DNA of 64,000 bases from an uncultured Candidatus Saccharibacteria bacterium (GCA_964507275.1 CAZDPG010000001.1:404577-468576), one strand, 5' to 3'. Positions 36,683 to 47,008 are shown, numbered from the stretch's first letter. The notes: generated by a model from the letters alone, not told the origin. Numbers and translations are program-made.

Positions 36683-37048
36683 ATGGAAGGCCTAGCCCAG
36701 TATGAAAAAGAAGAACGCCCGTGGGGAAACTTTGAACGCTTCACCATGAATGAGAAAACGACGGTCAAACTCGTGACGGTCAACGCTGGAGAATCTATCA
36801 GCCTGCAGACCCACGATAATCGCGACGAGTTCTGGCGCATCATTAAAGGAACTGGCATCATCACTATTGACGACACTGCGCATGATGCCAAAGAAGGCGA
36901 CGCATTCTTCACCCCGCGACACTCGAAGCACCGCGTCTCTGGCGGTCCAGAGGGACTCTCCTTCCTTGAGATAGCCTTCGGTGACTTCGACGAGCACGAT
37001 ATCAAACGTCTCGAAGATCTCTACGGGCGCACAACGAAAGTCGGTTAG
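36683..37048 (+). CDS. Mannose-6-phosphate isomerase-like cupin
   Basis: ERPWG, SLQTH..RDEFW, KHR, LEIAFGDFDE.DI.RLED.YGR. Confidence 0.88.
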   Translation: MEGLAQYEKEERPWGNFERFTMNEKTTVKLVTVNAGESISLQTHDNRDEFWRIIKGTGIITIDDTAHDAKEGDAFFTPRHSKHRVSGGPEGLSFLEIAFGDFDEHDIKRLEDLYGRTTKVG

Positions 37049-37061
37049 CGCAGGACCCACA

Positions 37062-37100
37062 CAAAATACAAAAGACCCGGAAAGGGTCTTTTGTATTTTG
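37062..37100. terminator. Bidirectional terminator
   Basis: CAAAATACAAAAGACCC / GGGTCTTTTGTATTTTG, 17-bp inverted repeat between convergent genes. Confidence 0.8.
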
Positions 37101-37174
37101 CGCGAGGGACGGGACTCGAACCCGCAACCTTCCGCGTGACAGGCGGATGCTCTAACCAGTTGAGCTACCCCCGC
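37101..37174 (-). tRNA. tRNA-Asp(GTC)
   Basis: TCCGC-CT-GTC-AC-GCGGA anticodon arm; GGTTCGAGTCC T-arm. Confidence 0.95.
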
Positions 37175-37232
37175 AGTTTCTACCTGCGCGCACGAACGTC
37201 ATCTTACCAAACTCTCTCAGAAATGTCCTCTG

Positions 37233-37306
37233 TGCCGGTGGCAGGGATCGAACCTGCGACCTCAGCTTTATGAATGCTGTGCTCTAACCAACTGAGCTAC
37301 ACCGGC
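37233..37306 (-). tRNA. tRNA with CAT anticodon (elongator Met or Ile2)
   Basis: GCCGGTG/CACCGGC acceptor; CAGCA-TT-CAT-AA-AGCTG anticodon arm; identity not resolvable by eye. Confidence 0.9.
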
Positions 37307-37374
37307 ATGCAAACTCCGAGTCTGGCGAAAGCACGTGAGAAACGCTTACGCCCGACTCTTAAGACACTAGCAAA

Positions 37375-38949
37375 TTATGCAGGTAATTCAACGATAAACG
37401 TCGAACCCTTCCCCTGTCCTTCGCTTTCAGCACGGATGGTACCGCCATGTGCCTCAGTGATTTGCTTCGCGATGAAGAGCCCATAGCCGGTGGAGTGGAC
37501 GTTCACCCTCTGTGAATCCTTGCCATGACCGCCCTCCGTGAAGAGCTTCTTCTTGTCCTCGGCATCTATCCCGATGCCCGTATCCTGTACTGAGAACAAT
37601 ATCTTCCCTGCCTCCTTCTTGAGCGACACGATGATGGAGCCCGAGAGGGTGTAATTTATTGAATTGTCGATAAGATTGCGCAACACATGATCGCCTATCT
37701 CGCCTCTATCTCCAATGAATGAGAAGTGTTCATCTCCCGCTATGAAGGAGAGCATGAGGCCTTTCTTTTCGGCCGCGGCCTTCGACTTCTCTACTACTTC
37801 GGTCGCGAGTGCCTTGAAATCGAATGGCTCTTTCACATAGAGCACCGTCCCCTTCTTCAGGTTCGAGGCCTTAAGGATGCTCGAGACTGATTCCACGCCA
37901 TGACGCGTCTCCAAAAGAGAGTTCTCGACGAACGGCTTGAGTTCTTCCGGCAATGCACCGAAATCACCATCGGTAAGCGAAGCGAACGCGCCCTCAGCCT
38001 TGGTGAGGAATCCTTTCACTTCGTGTCCAATGAAGTGGATGAGTCCTTCTTGTCGGTCATTGGTCTCCCTGAGTTCCTCGGCGAGTCTCTTGAGACTGAG
38101 AGTGTCGAGCACAATCCTAAAGCTCCCGATGAGCACGATGAGAAACGCTGTGATATTCATGGCGATCTCGCTCGTATCGGTCGAGTAGAGGATGTTCACG
38201 AACGTGAATATCGTCACCATAAACCCGAGGAATGTCGTCGTCGCGACCTTCAAGTCGAAGAGATTGTGGCGATGAATCGCGTAGGACGTCATTATCACGA
38301 ACGGAAGCAGGAAGAGCGCGCCGAGCGGAATGAACCGGGGATTATTGAATACTGCCGGTATGATGAAATTGAATATGAGAAGGAGGACGAATGTTAGGAC
38401 TATCCCTGAGAGCATCAATGAGTAAGGGCGACGTTGTTCTTTCGGTGCCCGAGCCGTCTTCTGAACCATCTTCCAGATGGCCGAGATGATGAGGCTGAAG
38501 ACGAGTATCCCAAACAAGGGGATAGCCGGACCATTCTGTACTCCGCCGATCGCACCGTCGACACCGACTATGTTCACCCGCTCGAAGACGTAAGAGGAAA
38601 GCGTCAGTACCGATACGACACCTGTAAGCGGGATCAGCAGGAACGTGTGCCAGAAGGGCTGATCGTACTTGTCCTCCGGGAAGACACTCGCGAGATGGAA
38701 GAACGTGAACGCGTGCCACACAGCAAAACACATCACCCCCCGAAGTAGCCAGAGGGCGGCATCGCCAGCGGGTAGCTGATAGTAAGAATAATTGAGGATA
38801 CTCCAACACACCGATATAACCGCGAAGTAGAAGAAGGATCGATTCGTCGCGGATCGGATATCATTAAGGAGAATAGCGAATCCGAGCAGACCGATACCCG
38901 CGACGGAGATGCCGACGGAGAGGAGATCAAGGTGGGAGATCGCGTTCAT
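37375..38949 (-). CDS. Sensor histidine kinase with N-terminal 7TM-type membrane domain
   Basis: Many TM helices; H-box FIGHEVK; NLIDNSINYT, DTGIG, GYGL, HGG.I..ES..GKGSTF. Confidence 0.92.
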   Translation of the reverse strand: MNAISHLDLLSVGISVAGIGLLGFAILLNDIRSATNRSFFYFAVISVCWSILNYSYYQLPAGDAALWLLRGVMCFAVWHAFTFFHLASVFPEDKYDQPFWHTFLLIPLTGVVSVLTLSSYVFERVNIVGVDGAIGGVQNGPAIPLFGILVFSLIISAIWKMVQKTARAPKEQRRPYSLMLSGIVLTFVLLLIFNFIIPAVFNNPRFIPLGALFLLPFVIMTSYAIHRHNLFDLKVATTTFLGFMVTIFTFVNILYSTDTSEIAMNITAFLIVLIGSFRIVLDTLSLKRLAEELRETNDRQEGLIHFIGHEVKGFLTKAEGAFASLTDGDFGALPEELKPFVENSLLETRHGVESVSSILKASNLKKGTVLYVKEPFDFKALATEVVEKSKAAAEKKGLMLSFIAGDEHFSFIGDRGEIGDHVLRNLIDNSINYTLSGSIIVSLKKEAGKILFSVQDTGIGIDAEDKKKLFTEGGHGKDSQRVNVHSTGYGLFIAKQITEAHGGTIRAESEGQGKGSTFIVELPA

Positions 38950-38955
38950 GACGAT

Positions 38956-40026
38956 TTAATGTGCTTCGGTGATGGCGGGCTGGACGCGGAATGACACCGC
39001 GCTTGGCGGTGCGGCACGGCCCACGCGGAATGTGAGGAACGGCTCGTCCTCGCCTCCGAGAACCTCACGTATCCGCTTACTCGCGTGCCGTACGCTTGCG
39101 CGCTCCTGCGCAGAGAAGACATCCGAGCTGTTGTGCTCCAATGCACGCGCAAGGAATAGCAGTCCCGTCACAATCTGGAGAGACAGGCCACGTGCGGCCG
39201 CTGCCAGCCAAACCCGCTCAAGCAAGCGCCCGGCCTCGATGTAGTTCTTCCGGTCGAAATGATCAATCGTAATGACACCGAACGCCGAAGCGCTTGCGTT
39301 CTGTCGCGCGTTCGTCTCAGCGACCATACGCGGGAAGCCAATCTTCGCGAGAAGCGACGCGACCGGCCAATACGGCAACACTTTAAAAAGAAGCTGTGCC
39401 GGTGGTGGCAACTCAAGCGTTTTTATAAATAGACCATGCCCCCCTGCGACATTCCTCTCTTCCGACCAGAAGATGCTCTCGAAGAAAATCTTATGGAGCG
39501 TCTTATTCTTGAGCGCTATCTCTTCCATGGTCGTGAGCGCACGCGAGATGCGAGACATGGACTCCCTGTCCTCGACGAGCGCAAGTGAGACTCCCTCTGT
39601 CTCCCCTGCTGCTTCGATTAATGCCCGTCGAACATCTTCCGCTAAGGGGACCTTCTCATATGCTTTCCGGTTCGTGTGTCGAAGAGGTATCGCCCGCTGG
39701 AGCTCCTGCTCCATTCTGGAAAGATTTCCTTCTCCATGAAAGACGAATGTCGCAGTAAGCGAGTCCTCAGCGCCGTAACGGATCTCTGGATTGAATCCGA
39801 GTGCTTTAGCTTCGAGCTCGGCATTCTGAATAGCCGCACCAAGCGCTATAAACGTCCCGCTGTCGTCGACGTTCAACAGAGCATTATCCCGCTCTGGCAG
39901 GGCGTGGAACTCGAGCATGTCCGGAGCGCGGAAGACGAAGCGCCACGGCTGCGAATTATCCCCAGAAGGGGCCGTCGCGGCCGCCGTGACTATCTTCGTC
40001 AACTTCTCCTTATATGCCGTATCCAT
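38956..40026 (-). CDS. Nitroreductase-superfamily protein (Acg/TyzC-like)
   Basis: APSGDNSQPWRF, RHTNRK.Y, AGRLLERVWLAA..GL. Confidence 0.85.
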   Translation of the reverse strand: MDTAYKEKLTKIVTAAATAPSGDNSQPWRFVFRAPDMLEFHALPERDNALLNVDDSGTFIALGAAIQNAELEAKALGFNPEIRYGAEDSLTATFVFHGEGNLSRMEQELQRAIPLRHTNRKAYEKVPLAEDVRRALIEAAGETEGVSLALVEDRESMSRISRALTTMEEIALKNKTLHKIFFESIFWSEERNVAGGHGLFIKTLELPPPAQLLFKVLPYWPVASLLAKIGFPRMVAETNARQNASASAFGVITIDHFDRKNYIEAGRLLERVWLAAAARGLSLQIVTGLLFLARALEHNSSDVFSAQERASVRHASKRIREVLGGEDEPFLTFRVGRAAPPSAVSFRVQPAITEAH

Positions 40027-40031
40027 AGGGA

Positions 40032-41153
40032 CTAAAGGCCGATCGTTGAAAAGAAATCCGCTCGAGCCTTCTCACGACCGGCCTTCACGTGCGGCAAGTG
40101 GTGGTCCGGATCGAGAAGCGCGTCAAGACTGATTTCGCATTTCTCTTCGTTTACGGCCTGCCCGAGCGCAAGACGCTTCAGGATGTACGCGATCGCGACG
40201 CCGGACAGCGTCGCAGCGTCGCCGAGCTGGGGCCAGGAGTAGATCTCGCGACCGACCTGCAAGAGCGAACTCATCATGCGTTCGGTCACGAACTGCGGCC
40301 CAGCGATTTTCGTCGCGAGCTTCGGCAGATCTGATGGTGTGAACGACTTGAACATCTCAAGGTTCACTTCGCCGATGACGCCATTGAAGAGCTCTTTCGA
40401 TGTATCAAGGTCGAATCGTTCGACTTCGACGATGATGTTATCTCCATTGTCTGTTGCCATGACAACCGGAAGCCCTCGCTTACGTGCCTCAAGCCGCAGC
40501 CGTATCTTCACTTCGAGATTATCGGTCTCTTCTACGACGACGTCGGCATCCTTGAAGAAAGCATCCATGTTCTCCTCGTTTACTCCAGCATCGAACGTCT
40601 CGATCTCGGCATACGGATTCAGCTGGTACACGTACTCACGCACGAGATCCGTCTTCTTGCGGCCGACTGCGAGGAAATCGAAACGGATGCGGTTCAAGTT
40701 CGACGGCGACACCTCGTCCGGATCAGCGATCTTGATGCGGCGCGCGCCGCCCATGAGCGCGAACGTGAGTGCACCATGACTGCCAACACTGAGACCAGCA
40801 TAGGCGACGGTGAGGTCATAGAGCTTCTGCTGTTCCTCCTCCGTTATGATGTTGCGATTGCGGGCAGTCCGTATCTCCTGATGCTCTTCATGCGGCAAAT
40901 AGTGCGCAAGAGTCTTGTTCCATGGAAAGAAGAACCACTCTCCTACCTCGTCGAGAGGCTTTCCTGCACAGTATTCACGAGAGAAGTCCTCGACTTCGCT
41001 CGCATGGTCTTTGATGAACTTGAACCGCGGATTCCGGATAAGAAATAGATCTTCGAGAAGAAGATCATAGCGATCGATGATGACTAAGGGGTGAAGGCGC
41101 TCACGAAATGCAGCGAGAGATTCTCTCGTACGATCAAGACGTTCTGGTGTCAT
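40032..41153 (-). CDS. ThiF-family adenylyltransferase (Rv1355c/MoeY-like)
   Basis: WFFFPW, RTARNRNIIT.EEQ, GLSVG, ADPD...SNLNR, VERFD, SWPQL. Confidence 0.88.
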   Translation of the reverse strand: MTPERLDRTRESLAAFRERLHPLVIIDRYDLLLEDLFLIRNPRFKFIKDHASEVEDFSREYCAGKPLDEVGEWFFFPWNKTLAHYLPHEEHQEIRTARNRNIITEEEQQKLYDLTVAYAGLSVGSHGALTFALMGGARRIKIADPDEVSPSNLNRIRFDFLAVGRKKTDLVREYVYQLNPYAEIETFDAGVNEENMDAFFKDADVVVEETDNLEVKIRLRLEARKRGLPVVMATDNGDNIIVEVERFDLDTSKELFNGVIGEVNLEMFKSFTPSDLPKLATKIAGPQFVTERMMSSLLQVGREIYSWPQLGDAATLSGVAIAYILKRLALGQAVNEEKCEISLDALLDPDHHLPHVKAGREKARADFFSTIGL

Positions 41154-41178
41154 ACCAGAATGGTACCACGTCCGATGA

Positions 41179-42726
41179 TTAGGACTGATGCACTACCCAC
41201 GACTGCTTGATGCCCGGTTTGAAATACAGCGGATCTTCGTAGGACCAGAAGACGAGTCTCGGTTCGGCGCGTTTTCCAAGGAAATTCGAGAGTTCGTGGA
41301 ATTCTGAATTCTTCTCGCGCAGGTTCTTCACTATCTCGGTCACCAGTTGTGCCGAGAGGGTCTTGTGTATATCCGCATTCGGTTTCCGTTCAAGATTGAT
41401 TTCCAGATACTGGTCTTGGTTATCATCATATTTCGTAATGAGCGTGAGCTTGCCCGTGAGATATTCGACGAACCGCTTATCCAGAAGAACTTCCTTGATG
41501 GTCTCAGGGTATACCTGCAGCCCGTACAGCGTCGTCGCGAGGTCAATGCGCTCATAGACGTACACAAATGGCAGTTCATGTACGTGCTTCTTGATACCCG
41601 CCGTGGAGGCCTCCTTCATGAGGTCGACACCATGCGCTTTGAAGCATTCGATGAGTTCGCGGAATGAGTACACGCCTCCATGATCGCCGATGGAGTAGCG
41701 CAAAAGAGGGAGCGCGCTGTCTCCTGAGATGAGGATTTCGCCATTCGGCGCTTCGAACGAAACGAAGTTCGGGATGTACTGTGCAAAGGTCGGTGTCTTC
41801 GATGTGCCGCCGAAGAGATCTGCAAACAACTTCTCATTCTTGAGAGCGAGACGACGAGCAAGGATTGAGATCGGCGTCTCGAACGCCATGGAGCCGATGT
41901 CCGCACTGCCATAGATATTAATGGCATCGGTAAGCGGGTTCTCTATACCAACCTTCTTGGCAAGATGATCACGGAAGTTCTCGGTGAAAGCTTCGGCAGC
42001 AAAAAGGAGCGCTACCTTATGCTTTGCGAATGAGATGCCGCGTGCGAGCGCTTCGTCAATAACATCCTTCAGGAAGGGCGGGTACCCGGCAAGAATAATC
42101 TGCTCATACTGCGGTGCAATGTCCGTGAGAGCCTTCAATATCTCCGCTTTGTTGATACCCGGCGTAATCACTGATATCGGATACCCGCGGCGCCCCATGA
42201 ATTCAAACGCCTGGTACGTAATGAGGCCGCCAATCCATACGCCCATACCAAAGCACACGATGACGAGCGTTGATTTTTCTTCTTTCAGGGAACTAGTACG
42301 AAAAATAAGCTCATGGATGAAGGACGAGTGTTGGTCGACCTCATACGAGCGCGCGAAATATGTCGGCTTCCCCGTCGAACCAGAAGTGGAGGTGAGCACT
42401 TGCGGCAGTCGAAGGGAGCCGTCCCAGAACAGGTCGTGGAATTCGTTCTGGGAGAGATAATTCGCTTTAGATATCGGAGGCACCGTAGCGAAGTCCTTAG
42501 CCGTATGGATGTCTTCCTTCCGCACATTATTCGCTCGAAGGAAACGCTTATAGGCAGGAACTTGGGCCGACATTCGTTTGAAAAGCGATGGGAGATACGT
42601 CTTCTGGACGCGAGACCAGTCGTCACTCTTATTGATGTTCAGCTTCGTAAAGAAAGGATGCACGACAATTGGAGAACGAGACTTCTTTACCGGATTTGCA
42701 CGAACCGGCGAACGACTAGGGCGCAT
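41179..42726 (-). CDS. PaaK/F390-synthetase-like adenylate-forming ligase
   Basis: STSGSTGKP, AGYPPFLKD, IYGSAD, PLLRYSIGDHG. Confidence 0.88.
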   Translation of the reverse strand: MRPSRSPVRANPVKKSRSPIVVHPFFTKLNINKSDDWSRVQKTYLPSLFKRMSAQVPAYKRFLRANNVRKEDIHTAKDFATVPPISKANYLSQNEFHDLFWDGSLRLPQVLTSTSGSTGKPTYFARSYEVDQHSSFIHELIFRTSSLKEEKSTLVIVCFGMGVWIGGLITYQAFEFMGRRGYPISVITPGINKAEILKALTDIAPQYEQIILAGYPPFLKDVIDEALARGISFAKHKVALLFAAEAFTENFRDHLAKKVGIENPLTDAINIYGSADIGSMAFETPISILARRLALKNEKLFADLFGGTSKTPTFAQYIPNFVSFEAPNGEILISGDSALPLLRYSIGDHGGVYSFRELIECFKAHGVDLMKEASTAGIKKHVHELPFVYVYERIDLATTLYGLQVYPETIKEVLLDKRFVEYLTGKLTLITKYDDNQDQYLEINLERKPNADIHKTLSAQLVTEIVKNLREKNSEFHELSNFLGKRAEPRLVFWSYEDPLYFKPGIKQSWVVHQS

Positions 42727-42752
42727 GATGCGCGCACACTACCATATAAATA

Positions 42753-43784
42753 CTACCTTGTGAATAGACCCGAGAGGACAGTGATGAAATCCGGTAGGTC
42801 GCGAGGAGCTGGTACAGCGATACGCAGTGTGTCTTTCAGAAGCGCCTTTGCCTCAGGGAAATGACTCATAGGTTCACCAAGCGCGACACGGATATTCTGC
42901 TCCAAAAGCTCGTCGCGAACGCGAGAAGCATGTGCTACGCGCACAAGAACGAAGTTGGTTTTCGACGGATATACTACAACCCCCGAGATGGAGCTCAGCA
43001 TCTCTGCAAAGTGGTCACGTGCGGCGAGGACAATCGTGCGACGTTCCTCAACCTTGTCTGCCTGTGCGAGAAGTGTGAGCGCAGCTGCGGCGCTCGGGTG
43101 GGCGACCGGCCAGGGTAGCATGAGCTGTTCGATCCGCTTCACTACGAAGGGAGCAGCGATTGCGTACCCGACACGCGCACCTGAAAGAGCAAAGGACTTC
43201 GAGAGACTCCTGATGATGACCAGATTCGGAAGTAGAGCGAGATACGGCAAGAACGATACCCCGGAAGAAAATTCAAAATAAGCTTCATCGGAGACGACAA
43301 GCGTCGTGCTCCCGCGCACGGCCTCCACAAGAGCTTCGATATCCCCTCTCGACAGCGGGCAACCGAGTGGATTATTCGGATGACAGAGGAATAATACCCC
43401 TGCCGCGTTACTTTTGAGCATCTCTATCGTCTTCGCGAGCGGAAATACAAACCGACCTTCTCGCTCTTCATATGCAATAGGTACAGTCTCCGCTCCAACG
43501 CGATCAAGAATAGTCTCGTAACCGTAGAACGTCGGCACGGGAAGTAGTGCCTTCCCGCCACTTCCCGCATACGAGCGCGCGATGTGCTCTATCGCAGCAT
43601 CGGATCCGGGTGTAACCAGCAGCTGGTCCTTCGATACGCCGGCATACGAGGCGAGCGCGTGCTTGAGAGCGGCATAATCCGGATAGGTTGAGAGCTCGCG
43701 CACACCGAGAGTGCCCGCCGCCTCTACGAGTTCGTCATCGAGCAACCAGTAGCTCTCATTCCGATCAAGCGGCATCATCTCCAT
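42753..43784 (-). CDS. PLP-dependent class I/II aminotransferase (HisC-like)
   Basis: LDRNE, YPD, PNNPLG, DEAY, RSLSKSFALSGARVGY. Confidence 0.88.
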   Translation of the reverse strand: MEMMPLDRNESYWLLDDELVEAAGTLGVRELSTYPDYAALKHALASYAGVSKDQLLVTPGSDAAIEHIARSYAGSGGKALLPVPTFYGYETILDRVGAETVPIAYEEREGRFVFPLAKTIEMLKSNAAGVLFLCHPNNPLGCPLSRGDIEALVEAVRGSTTLVVSDEAYFEFSSGVSFLPYLALLPNLVIIRSLSKSFALSGARVGYAIAAPFVVKRIEQLMLPWPVAHPSAAAALTLLAQADKVEERRTIVLAARDHFAEMLSSISGVVVYPSKTNFVLVRVAHASRVRDELLEQNIRVALGEPMSHFPEAKALLKDTLRIAVPAPRDLPDFITVLSGLFTR

Positions 43785-43820
43785 AATGGTATCACGCGAT
43801 ACCTACATGCGGACTCTATC

Positions 43821-44558
43821 TTATGAAAGAGCACCGAACCCGCTCGTCATAATCGCTCCGCCGTCCCTGTCGATCGCGTACCCATCGAAACCCGCGAGAC
43901 TCTCAATGAAAGCGATGCCCGTCTTCCCCATCGCAAAGGCCGCCGTCGCAAATCGATCAGCTTCAAGCACGTCTGGACCGATGACCGTGATACTCACAAT
44001 GTCTTCCAGCTTTTCTTCTGGCGCATGAGGGTTATAGATATGATCACCGCGAATGTATGAGCCCGAGGTCGCAATACCCTTCCCGCGCGGATATACCACC
44101 TTCACTATTTCGTGGATATTGAAAGGATTGCGGATGCCGACGCTCCATTCTTCGCCTCTAGCATTCTTGCCGCTCATCGCTATGTCACCACCAGCATTCA
44201 CGAAATAATCCTCGTATCCTGCTTCCCTAATGAGAGCCGCAGCATTCCGCACCGCCCACCCTTTCACGACACCTGACGGGTCGATAAGACCATCGGGGCG
44301 GCGAATGTCGAAATACCCGCGTGTCTCCACCTTCGTCTTCCCGGCAAGAGCGAAGACCTCGGACATCTCCGCGCTCAGGGCGTTGTTGGCGACCTCGCCA
44401 CGATTGATACGGGAAATCTCACTGTCTTCTTTATAGGTACTGAATCGGTTGTCGACAGAGGCAAAGTAGGCGAAGACTTCTTCGAGTGTTTCGCGCGCTC
44501 CAGCATCTACGATTTCAATCTCAATCGGCATGCCCATGATAATCCGCGTCTCTTTCAT
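43821..44558 (-). CDS. apbE: FAD:protein FMN transferase (ApbE family)
   Basis: MGMP, FSTYK.DSEISRIN, DPSGVVKGWA, NAGGD, ATSG.Y.RG.HI.NP, AD..ATA. Confidence 0.88.
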   Translation of the reverse strand: MKETRIIMGMPIEIEIVDAGARETLEEVFAYFASVDNRFSTYKEDSEISRINRGEVANNALSAEMSEVFALAGKTKVETRGYFDIRRPDGLIDPSGVVKGWAVRNAAALIREAGYEDYFVNAGGDIAMSGKNARGEEWSVGIRNPFNIHEIVKVVYPRGKGIATSGSYIRGDHIYNPHAPEEKLEDIVSITVIGPDVLEADRFATAAFAMGKTGIAFIESLAGFDGYAIDRDGGAIMTSGFGALS

Positions 44559-44611
44559 CTCTTCATATTACTACTTCACCTGCACTTCCATTTCACAGAA
44601 TCTGTTCTAGA

Positions 44612-45163
44612 ATGGGGAGCATGCACGACTACACCATACGCCAATCCGCATTTGCCCACTTCTTCACCGCAAACACTGCGAGCGCGCCGCTCTGGCTTCT
44701 TGTCCGTCTCTATCTCGGCTACGAGTGGCTCATGGCTGGCTGGGATAAGATGATGAACCCCGCCTGGTTCGGGAGTGACGCAGGAGCTGCGCTGAACGGA
44801 TTCGTGCAGGGGGCACTTGCCAAGACAGCCGGGGCTCATCCCGATGTGCAGATGTGGTACGCAGGATTTCTTAAGGCAACCGTCCTCCCTCATCTCGTCG
44901 TTTGGTCGAACATGGTCACTCTCGGCGAAGTACTCGTCGGACTCGGACTCATCGTCGGACTCTTCACTGGCGTTGCCGCACTCTTCGGCTTCTTCATGAA
45001 TCTCAATTTCATGCTTGCCGGGACAGTGAGCGTCAATCCTATATTCCTCGTACTTGCACTCGGCATCATGCTCGCCCACCGGGTCGCTGGCTACTGGGGT
45101 CTCGATCGGTTCGTTCTGCCGCGTCTGTGCCGACGCTCGCGCGGATTCCCCCCGAGGGCATAA
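44612..45163 (+). CDS. DoxX/DoxD-family membrane protein
   Basis: RLYLGYEWL.AG..K, GE.LVGLGLIVGL, MNLNFMLAG, GLD. Confidence 0.85.
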   Translation: MGSMHDYTIRQSAFAHFFTANTASAPLWLLVRLYLGYEWLMAGWDKMMNPAWFGSDAGAALNGFVQGALAKTAGAHPDVQMWYAGFLKATVLPHLVVWSNMVTLGEVLVGLGLIVGLFTGVAALFGFFMNLNFMLAGTVSVNPIFLVLALGIMLAHRVAGYWGLDRFVLPRLCRRSRGFPPRA

Positions 45164-45169
45164 CGTACT

Positions 45170-45691
45170 GTGGAAAAGTGGATTAAAGAATTGCCTATGT
45201 CGCGGGTAGCCTACCCGTCGTCGCTAGGTGACCGTTTTAAATTCTGGTTCTGGAAGGCGTATTCTCCGTTCCATCCGTTCGTGCGCGATATCTCGTACCG
45301 CATTGGTATCGGGAAGTTCCTCCTTACGCGCGTCGTCCCGGAGATACAGCATGTCGGACGTCAGGACTTCCTCCTTGGCGTACTGAATCCAATATATTCC
45401 GTTCAGGAATTCGTATCGTTCCTCATCAAGCAAGGGTTCGGTAACCACTTCGTTGCATGGAAGGATGCCGACGAGATCGTGAGCTTGCGTCGGACTGTCG
45501 AATTCAAGCATCAGTACCACCTCCGTATCTTCACGGATGGAGAGGTGCGCTGTCATTTTGAATACACGCCGGAATATCATCCCTTCCTCCACCTTGTGCG
45601 AGTCGGCTTCGAAGATAGAACGGCAGAATTCAAGGAACTCCTACACGGATGGATACTAGCCCCAGACAATTCCGAACGAACAAGCTCATAA
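45170..45691 (+). CDS. Hypothetical protein
   Basis: 173-aa ORF filling the operon gap; QYHLRIF...RCHFEYTPE.HP..H. Confidence 0.6.
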   Translation: MEKWIKELPMSRVAYPSSLGDRFKFWFWKAYSPFHPFVRDISYRIGIGKFLLTRVVPEIQHVGRQDFLLGVLNPIYSVQEFVSFLIKQGFGNHFVAWKDADEIVSLRRTVEFKHQYHLRIFTDGEVRCHFEYTPEYHPFLHLVRVGFEDRTAEFKELLHGWILAPDNSERTSS

Positions 45692-45712
45692 TCATCAGGT
45701 ATAGTGGAAGTA

Positions 45713-47005
45713 ATGGATCGATCCATACGCAACTTCGAGTCGCTTGCCGAGAATGAACTGCGTCTCTCTGCGCTTGCCATTGCCGAAGCAGGCTATGCAG
45801 CTATCGATGTCGGTGCGGCGCTCATTCGGAAGCTTCATATCGAAAATGACGAGCTTCATATTAATGACACACGCTTCCGTCTCGCCGGCCGCCGTGTATT
45901 CTTCGTAGGAGTCGGCAAGTGCGCCGTCGCTGCGGCGGAAACGATAGAGACCTTGCTGGGTGACCGCCTTACCGGCGGCATTGCGCTCGACGTCGCATCT
46001 TCCACGCATTCAAATCTGACGAAAATAGAGACCCTCATCGGCACGCATCCGCTCCCGAGCGAGGCCAATGAAACCGCAACGGAGCGAATTATCTCACTTC
46101 TCTCTGGATGCACGGGGGATGATCTTGTGATTATGCTCATCTCAGGAGGAGGTTCGACACTACTCTGTTTGAACAAAGCTCCTATGACCTGTGTCGATGA
46201 GAGTATACTCTTCTCCAGTCTGACAGCACGCGGCGCATCGATACAGGATATAAATACAGTGCGGAAGCATACCTCGTTTGCGCGCGGCGGCGGACTCGCC
46301 AAGACAGCCTACCCGGCCGAAGTTATCTCGCTCATTGTCTCTGATGTTCCTGATAACGACATTGGATTCATCGCTTCTGGTCCAACCGTGCGCGACACAT
46401 CGACAATTGAAGACGCTCGAGCGATTCTCAAGCGGTACGACGTACTCCCGTCAGAAGGATTTGAATTCTTAGAAACACCAAAGGATCAGAAATATTTCGA
46501 CCACGTAGATAACATCCTCTTTCTTACAAACCAGGATGCCCTTTTCGCCATGAGAGAAGAGTCGGCGCGGCGAGGATACACTGCCACCATCATGGACGAT
46601 CACGTGACGGGAGAAGCGGCGCAGGTTGGACGCACCATTGTAGAAGCGCTTCATGGCGCTCCGTCAAAGAGCGTCCTTTTGTATGCTGGCGAGAGCACCG
46701 TGACGGTGAAAGGACGTTCTGGAGCAGGAGGACGCAATCAGGAAATGGCACTCAGTGCACTTGAGCATCTCCATCCTAACGAACTCCTGCTTCCTCTTGC
46801 CTCTGACGGCCATGACAATACCGATCATGCTGGCGCGATTGCTGACGCGACAACCCAGGCGCACGCCGATGCTCATAATCTCTCAATCAGAGAGCATCTC
46901 GACGTCCATGCTTCGTATGATTTCTTCACAACATCTGGCGATGCCGTTTTGACGGGCTATACTGGATCAAACGTGTCCGACATTATTATCGCTATAAAAG
47001 ACTAA
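45713..47005 (+). CDS. Glycerate 2-kinase (MOFRL/TtuD family)
   Basis: GVGKCA, HPLP, LISGGGS, SDVP...IASGPT, GE.TV...GGRNQE, DG.D, TGSNVSD; start placed at MDRSIR. Confidence 0.92.
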   Translation: MDRSIRNFESLAENELRLSALAIAEAGYAAIDVGAALIRKLHIENDELHINDTRFRLAGRRVFFVGVGKCAVAAAETIETLLGDRLTGGIALDVASSTHSNLTKIETLIGTHPLPSEANETATERIISLLSGCTGDDLVIMLISGGGSTLLCLNKAPMTCVDESILFSSLTARGASIQDINTVRKHTSFARGGGLAKTAYPAEVISLIVSDVPDNDIGFIASGPTVRDTSTIEDARAILKRYDVLPSEGFEFLETPKDQKYFDHVDNILFLTNQDALFAMREESARRGYTATIMDDHVTGEAAQVGRTIVEALHGAPSKSVLLYAGESTVTVKGRSGAGGRNQEMALSALEHLHPNELLLPLASDGHDNTDHAGAIADATTQAHADAHNLSIREHLDVHASYDFFTTSGDAVLTGYTGSNVSDIIIAIKD

Positions 47006-47008
47006 CTC

